From the IMG/VR virus record IMGVR_UViG_3300031857_000002, positions 1 to 64,000 of that record: a stretch of 64,000 nucleotides of DNA; one strand, 5' to 3'. The notes below the pieces were generated by a model. That model was not told where the DNA came from. It did not search any database and worked only from the letters and a program-made list of their open reading frames with translations. Positions 54,990 to 64,000 of this stretch are shown here, in pieces; within the stretch, counting starts at the first letter, position 1, and every line of letters begins with the position of its first letter. The position numbers and the translations under genes are program-made.

Positions 54990-55849
54990 AGTTGTGTTTC
55001 CCTCCGCCATTGATTTGAAAAACTTGTGACAGCATCTTGTGTGCCGCACGTATTCATGCATATTTGATTGGGCTGTGGACTGGTCCACGAAGTTTCAATA
55101 GATTTAAAATCTGTAACAAAGTCTTTTTGTCTAGCACCTAGCCAGCAACAAGGACTTAGGTTGCCACGAGCATCGATGTATGCGCTTTGTTCATTAAGTG
55201 CATGACAGTTGACTCGGGTTCCTTGCACGTTGGTCGAGAGCCAGCCAATTGGCGCTTCGAGTCTATCTGTAAAACCACGTTTGGATACTTTAGCACGGAA
55301 CCATCGGAACCCCATGTCTCGGGCCAGTTGTTCACATTCGTCCACTTGATGTTGGTTGTGTTTGTATACCAGCATGTCCCAGTGTGCAGATCCGCCTGCT
55401 TCTATGAATGAACGTGCGTTGGCCATTAACTTGGACCAATCTACATTCTTACGATACACATGATTAGTGCTTTCTAATCCGTCAATACTAAACACCACAA
55501 AGTCTTGTGGTTGATTTAGAATTTTAGCAAGTCCGTACCACCAGAACGGATTCTGAATAGCACCATTGGTGTTTAATCCTAATACAATACCTGGATTAAC
55601 AGATCTAAAATACTGATATAGGTCAACAGTGTACTTGCCAGCAACTGGATCGCCGTAGTTGCCGCACATGAACATCTTGGTCAAGTTAGCAATAGCTTGA
55701 TCATCAAAATGCTGTTGTACCTGTCTAACTGACAGGTGGTGTTGTTGATGCTTGTGAAATGCTTTGTCAGTTTCGCGAGAACACAACGGACATGCGGCCT
55801 GGCACACATCCGTTGGTTCTAAGTGTAAGACTTTTATATTACGCAACAT
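54983..55849 (-). CDS. radical SAM/SPASM-twitch protein (paralog of neighbour)
   Basis: CQAACPLC, CGNYGDP, NTNG, FSIDGL, PCCW, C..TC. Confidence 0.9.
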   Translation of the reverse strand: MLRNIKVLHLEPTDVCQAACPLCSRETDKAFHKHQQHHLSVRQVQQHFDDQAIANLTKMFMCGNYGDPVAGKYTVDLYQYFRSVNPGIVLGLNTNGAIQNPFWWYGLAKILNQPQDFVVFSIDGLESTNHVYRKNVDWSKLMANARSFIEAGGSAHWDMLVYKHNQHQVDECEQLARDMGFRWFRAKVSKRGFTDRLEAPIGWLSTNVQGTRVNCHALNEQSAYIDARGNLSPCCWLGARQKDFVTDFKSIETSWTSPQPNQICMNTCGTQDAVTSFSNQWRRETQLC

Positions 55850-57920
55850 CTATATCTGTATTATACGACGTAAAGCCGTTTTCTTTTACAACTTTGAGAA
55901 TGTTCTCAACCCGTCCGGCTAGTTCGTCTCTGTGACTAACTAACCAAATACTTTTGTGACGTTCACGACTCATCTTCTTTAACAATGCCAGTGCATTCTC
56001 TACACCTTGTGTGTCTAGCCCGTTGTCTATGAGTTCATCAATAAACAACAAGTTAATTGGGCTGTACAAACTTTCCCAAACATCACGGAATGCCCATGAC
56101 ATAGATAGGATCAATCGATTGCGTTCGCCGCGACTCAAGTTATCAAAGTCTAGCTCACGGCCCAGTTCTTCAATCATCACACTCAAATCGTTTTGGAACT
56201 TCACAGTGTGTGGTAAACCAATACGATCTAGGTAGTGAGTGAGTCGTGCATTCAGATAACTCAGGTTCTGATCAATAATCTTTTTACGCACAAACGAATC
56301 TTTGGATGTTAACAGTTTAAGCAAGAAGTCTTGGTGCTCTTGTAACCTTGTGAGATCGTTAAGTGCATCGTAACTCACAGTCTGTAATGCCTGTTGTTGC
56401 ATTTCTGTAATCTGTTCTGTGTACGGATCCTTCTCTTCGCCTTTGGTGGCAATCTGTGTCAGCAGTGTGTTCATGCGACTGCGATGTTCAACGGCTTGTG
56501 CTTCTGTATCGTAGTGTGTGACAGGTTGTGTTCCAACTTCTACAGGCATGTGCTCTGCCAGTTGTTCAGCATAGGGATCTGTTTCGGCACGTTTTGCATC
56601 AATCTTGTGCTGAATGTTTTCTAGTTCACTTGAATGCCGAATGGCTTCTGTTTCTGTTCGGTAGTGTGTGGTAGGTTTGGTGCCCAACACGCCTAATGCA
56701 GCCAATGCATCTGTATTTTCCATCCACTGACCATTGGTACTCAATGCTTGCAGTGCGGCTTCTTGTAGGGCTTTCTCTTTTGTTGCCAACACCGTTTCGT
56801 GGTTAGTGTCATGAAAGTCTTGACCACATGCATAGCACTTGTGATTTTTTAGTTCTTCAATTTCAGCTCGAAGTTTGTCAATTATCTTTTGTTCTTTAGC
56901 CTCATCAGCGACGCATCTAGCAATCAGTTTTTCAAGGTCAGCAATGTCTTTGGCTCGTTGTGTGTGTGCAGCCAAATCCACATGTGCCTGTAGTTCTGCT
57001 GTGATATCAATATGGCTGAGATTGTTGTAAGTTAGTTCTAACTCGCTGATATCTTTTTGTTGTTTTTGCTTCCAAGCAGTTTGTCGACCAACAAGAGCAG
57101 TATACGCATCTTGTTGTTGTTTCCTTGTGGTCCACACAGCTAGATCTTTGTGAGCCAGTAATTCTACTTCAATGTCAATCTTGGCCAGATCATCATATTG
57201 TGCCACAAGGTACGCTACATCGCTGTCGTACTTCTTTTGCCAAAGTACTTGCCTGCGTTTCAAACTTTCGATCTGTTCTTCAATGCGTTTGTTGGCTTCT
57301 TGCTCGGCACGGATACGAAATTCTTCTTGCGAAATGCTGTCTTTGGTCTGCCGATTGAGTTCTTTGATAGCGTCTGCACGTTCTGAAAGCAAGGTGATGC
57401 CCAACAACTGCTCAATGATGTTGCGTTGGTCATTGGCTTTTAAACTCAAGAACGGTTCGGTGTAGGTGTTTAGTGCCAGCACATGTTTGAACATGTCGTG
57501 ACTCATGTTCATCACATGTTCAATTGCATCTTGTGTTTCGCGACTATCGCCTTGAGCTTCGTCTGTGGACACTTGTGCTTCGTTGTTGACATAAAAACGC
57601 AAAACATTGGGTTTACGTCCACGTTCAATCCGGTACTCTTGCCCATTTACAATAAAGTCCAGACTGACCAACATGTTCTTGCCGTTGGTCTTGTTTACAA
57701 GATTATCCTTGCGAATGTTACTCAGTGCTTGCCCATATAATGCATAGCTGAGAGCGTTAATGATAGTAGTCTTGCCTGTGCCGTTACGGCTGCCGTCGCC
57801 GCCGAGATCTAAATTTTCGCCCAACACCAACGTAAGGTCATTACGGTCAAAGTCGATGCCTTGTGTGGCCGCTCCCACACTCATGAAGTTTTTAACAGTT
57901 AAATTTTTAATTTGTATCAT
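55839..57920 (-). CDS. recombination endonuclease ATPase subunit (gp46/SbcC/Rad50-like)
   Basis: KNFMSVG, Walker A NGTGKTT, zinc hook CYAC, signature LSRGE, Walker B LLFIDE, SH. Confidence 0.95.
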   Translation of the reverse strand: MIQIKNLTVKNFMSVGAATQGIDFDRNDLTLVLGENLDLGGDGSRNGTGKTTIINALSYALYGQALSNIRKDNLVNKTNGKNMLVSLDFIVNGQEYRIERGRKPNVLRFYVNNEAQVSTDEAQGDSRETQDAIEHVMNMSHDMFKHVLALNTYTEPFLSLKANDQRNIIEQLLGITLLSERADAIKELNRQTKDSISQEEFRIRAEQEANKRIEEQIESLKRRQVLWQKKYDSDVAYLVAQYDDLAKIDIEVELLAHKDLAVWTTRKQQQDAYTALVGRQTAWKQKQQKDISELELTYNNLSHIDITAELQAHVDLAAHTQRAKDIADLEKLIARCVADEAKEQKIIDKLRAEIEELKNHKCYACGQDFHDTNHETVLATKEKALQEAALQALSTNGQWMENTDALAALGVLGTKPTTHYRTETEAIRHSSELENIQHKIDAKRAETDPYAEQLAEHMPVEVGTQPVTHYDTEAQAVEHRSRMNTLLTQIATKGEEKDPYTEQITEMQQQALQTVSYDALNDLTRLQEHQDFLLKLLTSKDSFVRKKIIDQNLSYLNARLTHYLDRIGLPHTVKFQNDLSVMIEELGRELDFDNLSRGERNRLILSMSWAFRDVWESLYSPINLLFIDELIDNGLDTQGVENALALLKKMSRERHKSIWLVSHRDELAGRVENILKVVKENGFTSYNTDIDVA

Positions 57921-58660
57921 GGTTTGTTTTTTACTGCTTCCTGATAATGTTTGTACAGCATGTTTTCAACTGCATTAATTTCATGCTCAAACCGCCACTG
58001 AAGATCAACCCTGGGCATTATATACTGTTTGACAAAATCAAATGCAACCAATGGTGTTGGCTGTACAATGCCAAGATCTAGGTTGGCATATTTACTTTTG
58101 CGCTTGAAATCACTCATGCCTTTGAACGGCTCATGACAAATCCAGTTGGCGTTGATTCCGAGATACTCGCCATCATCTACCAACATAAAATGATAATCAA
58201 TGTTTTGTTGTTCAAGCAACAGTTTAGCATACTCAACAAATATTTGCGATCTCATTTGGTGTTGTTTGAGAGATATATATCGTTGATGATATTCTTGTAC
58301 CGCATGAGTTTTAGATCCACTGCTGATCCAAAATTTGTTGTGGGCACACTCTACTACATTGTTGGAGTAAACTTGATCACTTGCAATAACATCATTCCAA
58401 AAGGCAGGGTCACTGTGGTCAAGAATCAAATCCAATCTATTTGGTTGTGCCCACTGCACTATGACCACATCAGCAGAATCAATGTTGTTTTTCAACTGAT
58501 TGACCATGAACTCATTGCCAGCACCGTATCTACTACAGTTGTTAAGAAACACACCTTTGGTCATTAATTTAATAATTTCTGGCCACTTCCAGTACTTAGG
58601 ATACCAGGATGGCACTGCAACACTGTCGCCATAGCCGTCAGACAATGTTAATAGTCTCAT
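57917..58660 (-). CDS. SGNH-hydrolase-like hypothetical protein
   Basis: W.WP, N....GAGN, VIVQW....RLD pattern; catalytic motifs appear degenerate. Confidence 0.45.
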   Translation of the reverse strand: MRLLTLSDGYGDSVAVPSWYPKYWKWPEIIKLMTKGVFLNNCSRYGAGNEFMVNQLKNNIDSADVVIVQWAQPNRLDLILDHSDPAFWNDVIASDQVYSNNVVECAHNKFWISSGSKTHAVQEYHQRYISLKQHQMRSQIFVEYAKLLLEQQNIDYHFMLVDDGEYLGINANWICHEPFKGMSDFKRKSKYANLDLGIVQPTPLVAFDFVKQYIMPRVDLQWRFEHEINAVENMLYKHYQEAVKNKP

Positions 58661-59457
58661 CGAATCAATCCTATAATTTGATCAGTATTGGTAAAAAAGT
58701 CAGCAAAGTCGTTGTGCGGAACTTCGATTCCAAACTCCAACCAAATATAATAGTAAATCACGGCCTGTGTCCATACATCTGTAATGTGTGTTAGATTAGA
58801 TGACCATTGCAATTTTACATCATTTAACACGCTCTTTGCGGCTTTGATCGGATTGAAATATTGAGCATTTGCAGTGCGCCACTCTTTCCATAGATCGCCG
58901 CACTGATTTATTTGCACAATAGAATTTAATGTATTAAAAAACTCATCATAGTCATTGTACAACTCATCTATGTAAATTGCACAGTGTTCTTTGGATCGCC
59001 AGGCATGCCTGAGTTTGTGATCACGCAAAAACAAAAAATACTTTTCTCGACGTGCCCAAGCGGCATCTGTGTTCCAAACATCAGTTGGCAATTGTTCTTC
59101 GATACTACTTTCCATAGCTTTGTCAATCATAGTTCGAGCAACAACGGGCCAAGTACGATCTGTATAACAAATTTTGATAATAGTTGAATTGGAAAAAGTA
59201 GATGTAAACTGAGTCGATTCGTTGTTGATGCCGTTGTCTATTAGCACACAATAATTTTTATCATCGCGGAACTCGAATCCTCCAGGCCAGCATTCCTGCA
59301 GATACTTGGGAACAACCAAGTCAAGACTGTGACTGTTACCGTTTGCAGAAAACTCTAAAGATTTTTTTGGCCTTACAAAGTTGTTACCATGCAACGTTAA
59401 TATTGCGTTGATAAAGTGTCCAAATCCACCACTAGGATACCAAACACAGTAGATCAT
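58657..59457 (-). CDS. hypothetical protein (possible sulfotransferase-like fold)
   Basis: Start MIYCVWYPSGGFGHF; ATG at 59457. Confidence 0.5.
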   Translation of the reverse strand: MIYCVWYPSGGFGHFINAILTLHGNNFVRPKKSLEFSANGNSHSLDLVVPKYLQECWPGGFEFRDDKNYCVLIDNGINNESTQFTSTFSNSTIIKICYTDRTWPVVARTMIDKAMESSIEEQLPTDVWNTDAAWARREKYFLFLRDHKLRHAWRSKEHCAIYIDELYNDYDEFFNTLNSIVQINQCGDLWKEWRTANAQYFNPIKAAKSVLNDVKLQWSSNLTHITDVWTQAVIYYYIWLEFGIEVPHNDFADFFTNTDQIIGLIR

Positions 59458-59470
59458 AGAGTTTGATAAA

Positions 59471-60958
59471 TCATTTGTTGTATCCCATAACATGTGCAAT
59501 TTCTGGATGAGAATCACTAAAGTGTTGATTCCTAAGCATATCAAAGTGCTTGCATATTTGTCTAAATTTCTTTCCATCCGATTCGGGTGATGTTCTAATA
59601 TAATTTAGAATATCTTGAACTACCGGATGAGGGTGAGTATGAAACTTATCAAGTATTAATTTCCTAGCGTCAACAGTTAGATCTTTGAGGTCAAATCCCG
59701 GAGGAGTTGTAACATAAAGTGGATTAACTAGTAATCCGAGATTATTGGCCCAATCTAGTAACTCGTCTAGGTAAAAAATGTTCATGATACTAATAGCCGG
59801 CATGATACTAATGCTAACATTAGGTAAATTAAGATCTACTAATTTTCTAATGTTTGAGTCAATGGATTCCCACGACCCGCCACGTTCTATTTCAAATCGT
59901 TGACCAATGTTATCGATACTAAATTGTATATCTATGTGTTTGAAATGTTTCCAATGCCCTATCAACGCTGTAGGGTATATAGACCCGTTGCTATTGTAAT
60001 GCAATCTAATATTGCTAGCATGTCCAGATGTAACACTTTGTTCAACTAATTTTGTTAGATGCTTGATTAAAAACGGTTCGCCGCCGTACATGTCAATGTT
60101 TGTTAACGAAGGCAACAGATCTGTTATTTCGTCAAAAGCATTACTATCTTCGGTCCAGTTAAACGACCGAACAGACAGTTGATTACTTTTTGCATACTCT
60201 TGCTCAAACAACGAACTTGATTTAGGATTGCAAATACGACATTTAAAATTACAAGTATTACCAGGTTTGATGTCCAAACTTTTAATTTTGGGTTGATCTA
60301 TATAGGTGGTTAGCAAATCCTTCTTTAAGAAACTCATATGATAGTTTCTATTGCTAACTAACCCTCTACTTTCTAACTCCCAACATTTACTACATCCTGT
60401 TGGTTTGTTGCCGCTGAGTAACTGTTGTCTTAGATTGGATACATTGTGACTATAGAATGTGTCATGCAATGACGAATTTTTAATGTTTCCAACATTGTTG
60501 CGATATACGCAACAAGGTTTAATTTCTCCTTGTGCTGAAATTTCTAAGTGCGTCCAAGGCATCGGACACAGTGTATCCGACAACACAAAATTATTTTGTA
60601 ACTTTTTTGTTTCTTCAAATTCTATTTGTAATGTCTGAAATGCTGTACGGTCACTAAAATAGGACGACGCAACAGATTCTACTTGCGGTTTAATGTTGTT
60701 CGGACTGCAAATTAATACAAAAAAATTAGATATGTCTATTAACCCAGTAGCCTGGTACAAATGCTGTAACAACATATTTGAAATAGGCTGGGTAGTATAG
60801 AGAACTAGTCTATCGTTGTTATCAAACACCTCTTGATAATGCATTTGAAAGTTTTTATAAGCTACATTAGGTGCATTGGTTAGTTGTTCTAAGTCAACAA
60901 AACACTTTAGTATGTACTCACGGGACAGTATCTGATTTAACTCATTGATAGAAATCAT
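59471..60958 (-). CDS. radical SAM protein with twitch domain and N-terminal extension
   Basis: CPMPW...G.IKPCC...CSKCW; CNFKCRIC; GGEPF; SNG; FSID. Confidence 0.9.
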   Translation of the reverse strand: MISINELNQILSREYILKCFVDLEQLTNAPNVAYKNFQMHYQEVFDNNDRLVLYTTQPISNMLLQHLYQATGLIDISNFFVLICSPNNIKPQVESVASSYFSDRTAFQTLQIEFEETKKLQNNFVLSDTLCPMPWTHLEISAQGEIKPCCVYRNNVGNIKNSSLHDTFYSHNVSNLRQQLLSGNKPTGCSKCWELESRGLVSNRNYHMSFLKKDLLTTYIDQPKIKSLDIKPGNTCNFKCRICNPKSSSLFEQEYAKSNQLSVRSFNWTEDSNAFDEITDLLPSLTNIDMYGGEPFLIKHLTKLVEQSVTSGHASNIRLHYNSNGSIYPTALIGHWKHFKHIDIQFSIDNIGQRFEIERGGSWESIDSNIRKLVDLNLPNVSISIMPAISIMNIFYLDELLDWANNLGLLVNPLYVTTPPGFDLKDLTVDARKLILDKFHTHPHPVVQDILNYIRTSPESDGKKFRQICKHFDMLRNQHFSDSHPEIAHVMGYNK

Positions 60959-61971
60959 AAAGTTTGATAAATCTTCAGTAGTAATTTGTTGTCGTAGAAC
61001 TCTGACTCAATGTTGGTGATCTGATCTGTTACAATCTGATCCACTGATTCAAACTTGACTTCGCCGGGCGCCATGTCTGTATCAACCCCGGCATTCTTGT
61101 TGGGTATCAATGCCATCTCTCGCAATTGATACTGTTTAATAAATGTTTCTTTAATGAAGTTGGCTTCTTCATAGCTAATTTCAATGTCTAATTGCACACG
61201 CACATGCATGTCTGGTGCAAGCACCGTGGCAGCATTGTCAATCACAGAACTCAATCCCATCACACGGTACCTAGGTTGATTGGGCCATGCATGGTACACA
61301 GGATCTTGACCCCACTCTAGTATAGTCAACCCGCGATCGTCGTCGCCAGCGTCGGCATAGTTGTGCGGAAAGCAGTTGCCAATGTAGGTAATGTTCTTTT
61401 TGGTCTGACGTTTGTGAAAGTGCCCAGTAAACACATGCTCAAAGTTGTTGAAGTCTTCTCTACGTATCTCTCCATGGTCTGGCATCTCTACCATGGCATT
61501 CATCATGTACCCAGGCAGTTCAAAATGCCCAAACATGTACTTGCCCTTTAGCTTGGGAATACGCTTGTGGTCATCGCCACACAGCCAAGGAGCAATCACC
61601 ACATCACCACTAGTGAACCAATTGTTACAAATTTCAACATTGGGAAGATGTCTTGCCCACTCTACACTTTGTATATCACGTTTGTCTCGATAATACAAAT
61701 CGTGATTACCGGGAATAAAGTAAACACGTTCGAAGTTGGCGTTCATGTGCTCCAGTGCTTGGAGACTGTAGTTCAAAGTTACAATGTTTAGACTTGATCG
61801 ATTGTTGTGCCAGTCGCCTAAAAACAAGCAGGTTTCGCAACCTTCTGCCTTGGCCTTGGCAGTAGCCCACTTGACAAAAGCCAAACAGTCTTCGTTGTGT
61901 AACGTGCTGTTTGACTTTAGTCCAAAGTGGATGTCAGTGAATATTGCGGCTTTTTTAAATAGATTACTCAT
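60955..61971 (-). CDS. recombination endonuclease nuclease subunit (gp47/SbcD/Mre11-like)
   Basis: DIHFG, LGDW, GNHD, GHFE, GHFH metallophosphoesterase motifs. Confidence 0.95.
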   Translation of the reverse strand: MSNLFKKAAIFTDIHFGLKSNSTLHNEDCLAFVKWATAKAKAEGCETCLFLGDWHNNRSSLNIVTLNYSLQALEHMNANFERVYFIPGNHDLYYRDKRDIQSVEWARHLPNVEICNNWFTSGDVVIAPWLCGDDHKRIPKLKGKYMFGHFELPGYMMNAMVEMPDHGEIRREDFNNFEHVFTGHFHKRQTKKNITYIGNCFPHNYADAGDDDRGLTILEWGQDPVYHAWPNQPRYRVMGLSSVIDNAATVLAPDMHVRVQLDIEISYEEANFIKETFIKQYQLREMALIPNKNAGVDTDMAPGEVKFESVDQIVTDQITNIESEFYDNKLLLKIYQTL

Positions 61972-61983
61972 CTATGTATTATA

Positions 61984-62883
61984 CTACTCATCCAAACTAC
62001 TTACAACCGGTCCGGACATGGCTGCCATGCCAGCCTTGCCAGAATTCTGACGAGTCCAAGATGGATTAAGTCCGTTCATTTCCAAGATGTCATCTCGGAT
62101 GTTTTGATTTTTCTTTTCAATGTTTAGGATACGAGTAAAGCTGTTGGTGATAGCTGCCGTGTAGTAGGCAAAGGGATTTTGCGATTTTGATTCATCAAAC
62201 TGTAGACCAATTTGACTGAGTTGTAGCAAGGCTTGACCTCGCATCTCTTCGTTGTAGGTATAGCCTCGCCAGTTTGATCTTGTGGCATAGCGTTCACACA
62301 GTTTCATAAACATCATGGCCAACTTCTTGGTCATGTTGCCATGATCTCTAGAGAACTCACCTGTTTCTAAATCGCCCCGCCAATGACTACGGCCAACAAG
62401 ATACGGATTCTTGTCTTCGTCTAATCGATAATGTTCAAACGGAGGAAAGTTTAGACGCACATAGTTCATGTCTAGTACAGGCACATCCACTAAGTCTGCC
62501 AAGGGATCATCTTCTACAGCATCGTCAAGATCCAGAATTTCTTCCAGCTTGCGTTTTTTGGCTTCGGCCTTGGTGATCTTTTTGGGTGCTTTGGGAATGT
62601 GATCCCAGCAGGTGATACGAAACACTAGATCAGTGTTGGGAATTTTCTTTTGATCAACAACCACACCTGTTTCACGTTTGATACGATCAGCACGATTCTT
62701 ACGTGCATCAACTACAGTGCGTTGATTGATCTTGTCAATGCTGGGCAGAATCAAATCAAACTGGTGATCAGTAGCTCTGTCTTGATACCAACAATAGGTA
62801 TTTTTGCTGTGATGAATTTCTTTTAGAATGTCACGATTGTTAAGGTAGTTGACCTTGGCGGCCGGTTTTGGTAATAAAGACAT
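61984..62883 (-). CDS. late-transcription sigma factor (gp55-like)
   Basis: NYLNN, N.RGYTY.EEM...A, F...KS.NPFAYYT....NSF...L..EKK; AGGAG RBS; upstream of gp47/46 as in T4-like phages. Confidence 0.85.
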   Translation of the reverse strand: MSLLPKPAAKVNYLNNRDILKEIHHSKNTYCWYQDRATDHQFDLILPSIDKINQRTVVDARKNRADRIKRETGVVVDQKKIPNTDLVFRITCWDHIPKAPKKITKAEAKKRKLEEILDLDDAVEDDPLADLVDVPVLDMNYVRLNFPPFEHYRLDEDKNPYLVGRSHWRGDLETGEFSRDHGNMTKKLAMMFMKLCERYATRSNWRGYTYNEEMRGQALLQLSQIGLQFDESKSQNPFAYYTAAITNSFTRILNIEKKNQNIRDDILEMNGLNPSWTRQNSGKAGMAAMSGPVVSSLDE

Positions 62884-62911
62884 GGATGTCTGTTCTCCTG
62901 AGTGTGTACTT

Positions 62912-62939
62912 ATTGTAGCATAAACACAACAGTTGTCAA
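62912..62939 (-). promoter_or_regulatory. sigma70-type promoter for gp55
   Basis: TTGACA-16 nt-TACAAT with extended TG. Confidence 0.65.
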
Positions 62940-62974
62940 CCAGAATTTGGTAAATATGGTAAACAGGAGCCACC

Positions 62975-63835
62975 GTGGACTACTCAGCTTATATCGCACA
63001 ACAACAATATTACCAACAGCAAGCACAACAGCAGGCGTATTATCAATACCAGCAACAGCTTGCTCAACAGCAGGCTTATCAGCAATATCAAGCCCAGCAA
63101 CAGCAGGCTCAACAACAGCAGGCCTATGCACAGTATCTAGCGCAACAACAATACCAAGCTCAGCAACAGGCGCAACAGGCGGCACAAGCAGCCGCACAAC
63201 AAGCAGCCATACAAGCTCAGGCTGCTGCCGCACAAGCAGCCGCACAACAAGCTGCCTACCAGGCTGCACAAGAAGCTGCCTACCAAGCACAATTGGCAGC
63301 TCAGGCTCAAGCTTCTCAACAAGCTGCCTATGAAGAAGCCGCACGTCAAGCTGCTTACCAAGCACAGTTGGCTCAACAACAAGCCGAGGCTGCTTATCAG
63401 GCACAGCAACAAGCTCAAATTCAACAACAGATATACCAACAGCAACTGGCCCAAGATGCACAAGAACAACAAATTATTGCACAATCTCAAGCACAGGCTG
63501 AAGCACAAGTGGCAGTCACTGCTGTGGCAGCAGGTAGAACACGTACCATAATTGATGCTGAAGCAGCAGCCGCTGCCGCCACCGCTGCAACAACTCCAAC
63601 CTATTACACTGACCCACAGTACACAGCAACGCAGCCAGTGAATGTGCGCATTGGTCCAACATCCACACAGTCTGATCCCACAGTAACTTCCAGGGTTACC
63701 AGAACCGCCACAGCAGTTTCGCCTGTGGTAAATTACACAGTGAATCCATCCGCAGACCTTCAGTTGGCCATACAGCAGTTGGACAATCAGCCTTTCATTG
63801 GCATACCTGTACAGCCACCTAGAGCAACAGTGTAA
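62975..63835 (+). CDS. Gln/Ala/Tyr-rich low-complexity late protein
   Basis: GTG start with AGGAG RBS and TAAATA at 62951-62956; ~190 aa of QQQA/AYQAQ repeats followed by a T/P/V-rich tail. Confidence 0.65.
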   Translation: MDYSAYIAQQQYYQQQAQQQAYYQYQQQLAQQQAYQQYQAQQQQAQQQQAYAQYLAQQQYQAQQQAQQAAQAAAQQAAIQAQAAAAQAAAQQAAYQAAQEAAYQAQLAAQAQASQQAAYEEAARQAAYQAQLAQQQAEAAYQAQQQAQIQQQIYQQQLAQDAQEQQIIAQSQAQAEAQVAVTAVAAGRTRTIIDAEAAAAAATAATTPTYYTDPQYTATQPVNVRIGPTSTQSDPTVTSRVTRTATAVSPVVNYTVNPSADLQLAIQQLDNQPFIGIPVQPPRATV

Positions 63836-63890
63836 TTTTTATAAACTGCCCAGTTTTTTATACCGGTAAATAAGGTATAGGAACACAAAT

Positions 63891-64000
63891 ATGGCAGCAG
63901 GTTACGATCCAGCAAAAGCAGCAGAGTTTAACAAACTGATTCTTCAGGGCATCGAATACGACGAAGCCCTGATCATGGCTGAAATCTCACTAGAAGAAGT
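63891..64000 (+). CDS. partial late gene (MAAGYDPAKAAEF...), runs off the window
   Basis: TAAATA at 63867-63872, AGGA RBS, open frame to the window end. Confidence 0.6.
   Translation, partial: MAAGYDPAKAAEFNKLILQGIEYDEALIMAEISLEE

Noticed and set aside
62902-63551. Alternative-frame and antisense ORFs over the Q/A-rich gene
   Set aside because: They are by-products of the CAR/GCN repeats; only the 62975 frame has a promoter and RBS.
1-64000. Stop-codon reassignment, CRISPR array, tRNA genes, integrase/transposase
   Set aside because: Core genes are intact in the standard code and TAG serves as a stop (e.g. 54983, 61984). No regularly spaced repeat-spacer array, cloverleaf or recombinase motif was seen.

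Overview
The window is a dense (~95% coding, standard genetic code) segment of a large T4-superfamily-like myovirus (jumbo-type phage). The host is probably a bacterium with sigma70 promoters and AGGAG ribosome-binding sites. It holds most of the virion morphogenesis module: portal gp20, prohead protease gp21, scaffold gp22, major capsid gp23, neck gp13/gp14, tail terminator gp15, probable small terminase, head-completion nuclease gp4, an enlarged sheath gp18, tube gp19 plus a tube-like paralog, a tape-measure-like protein, a gp26-like hub/chaperone, and ~19 kb of Gly/Asn/Thr-rich fibre genes. It also encodes the late sigma factor gp55, the gp46/gp47 recombination nuclease, a dNMP kinase, a DexA-like exonuclease, NUDIX, HNH-like and GIY-YIG proteins, four radical SAM enzymes and glycosyltransferase-like genes. 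T4-type late promoters (TAAATA) precede most late units. The most notable unexplained signals are: (1) a ~410-nt hairpin-dense non-coding region directly behind the GIY-YIG gene (candidate structured RNA or origin); (2) a T TTT TTC slippery site that would fuse the gp26-like gene to the next ORF by -1 frameshifting; (3) a translationally coupled cassette with an aminoacyl-tRNA-protein-transferase-like gene; (4) a cluster of putative capsid-targeted, gp21-processed internal proteins including an apparent polyprotein; and (5) a radical SAM/glycosyltransferase set that may modify the virion. All product calls come from motif recognition and gene order; no database search was run.
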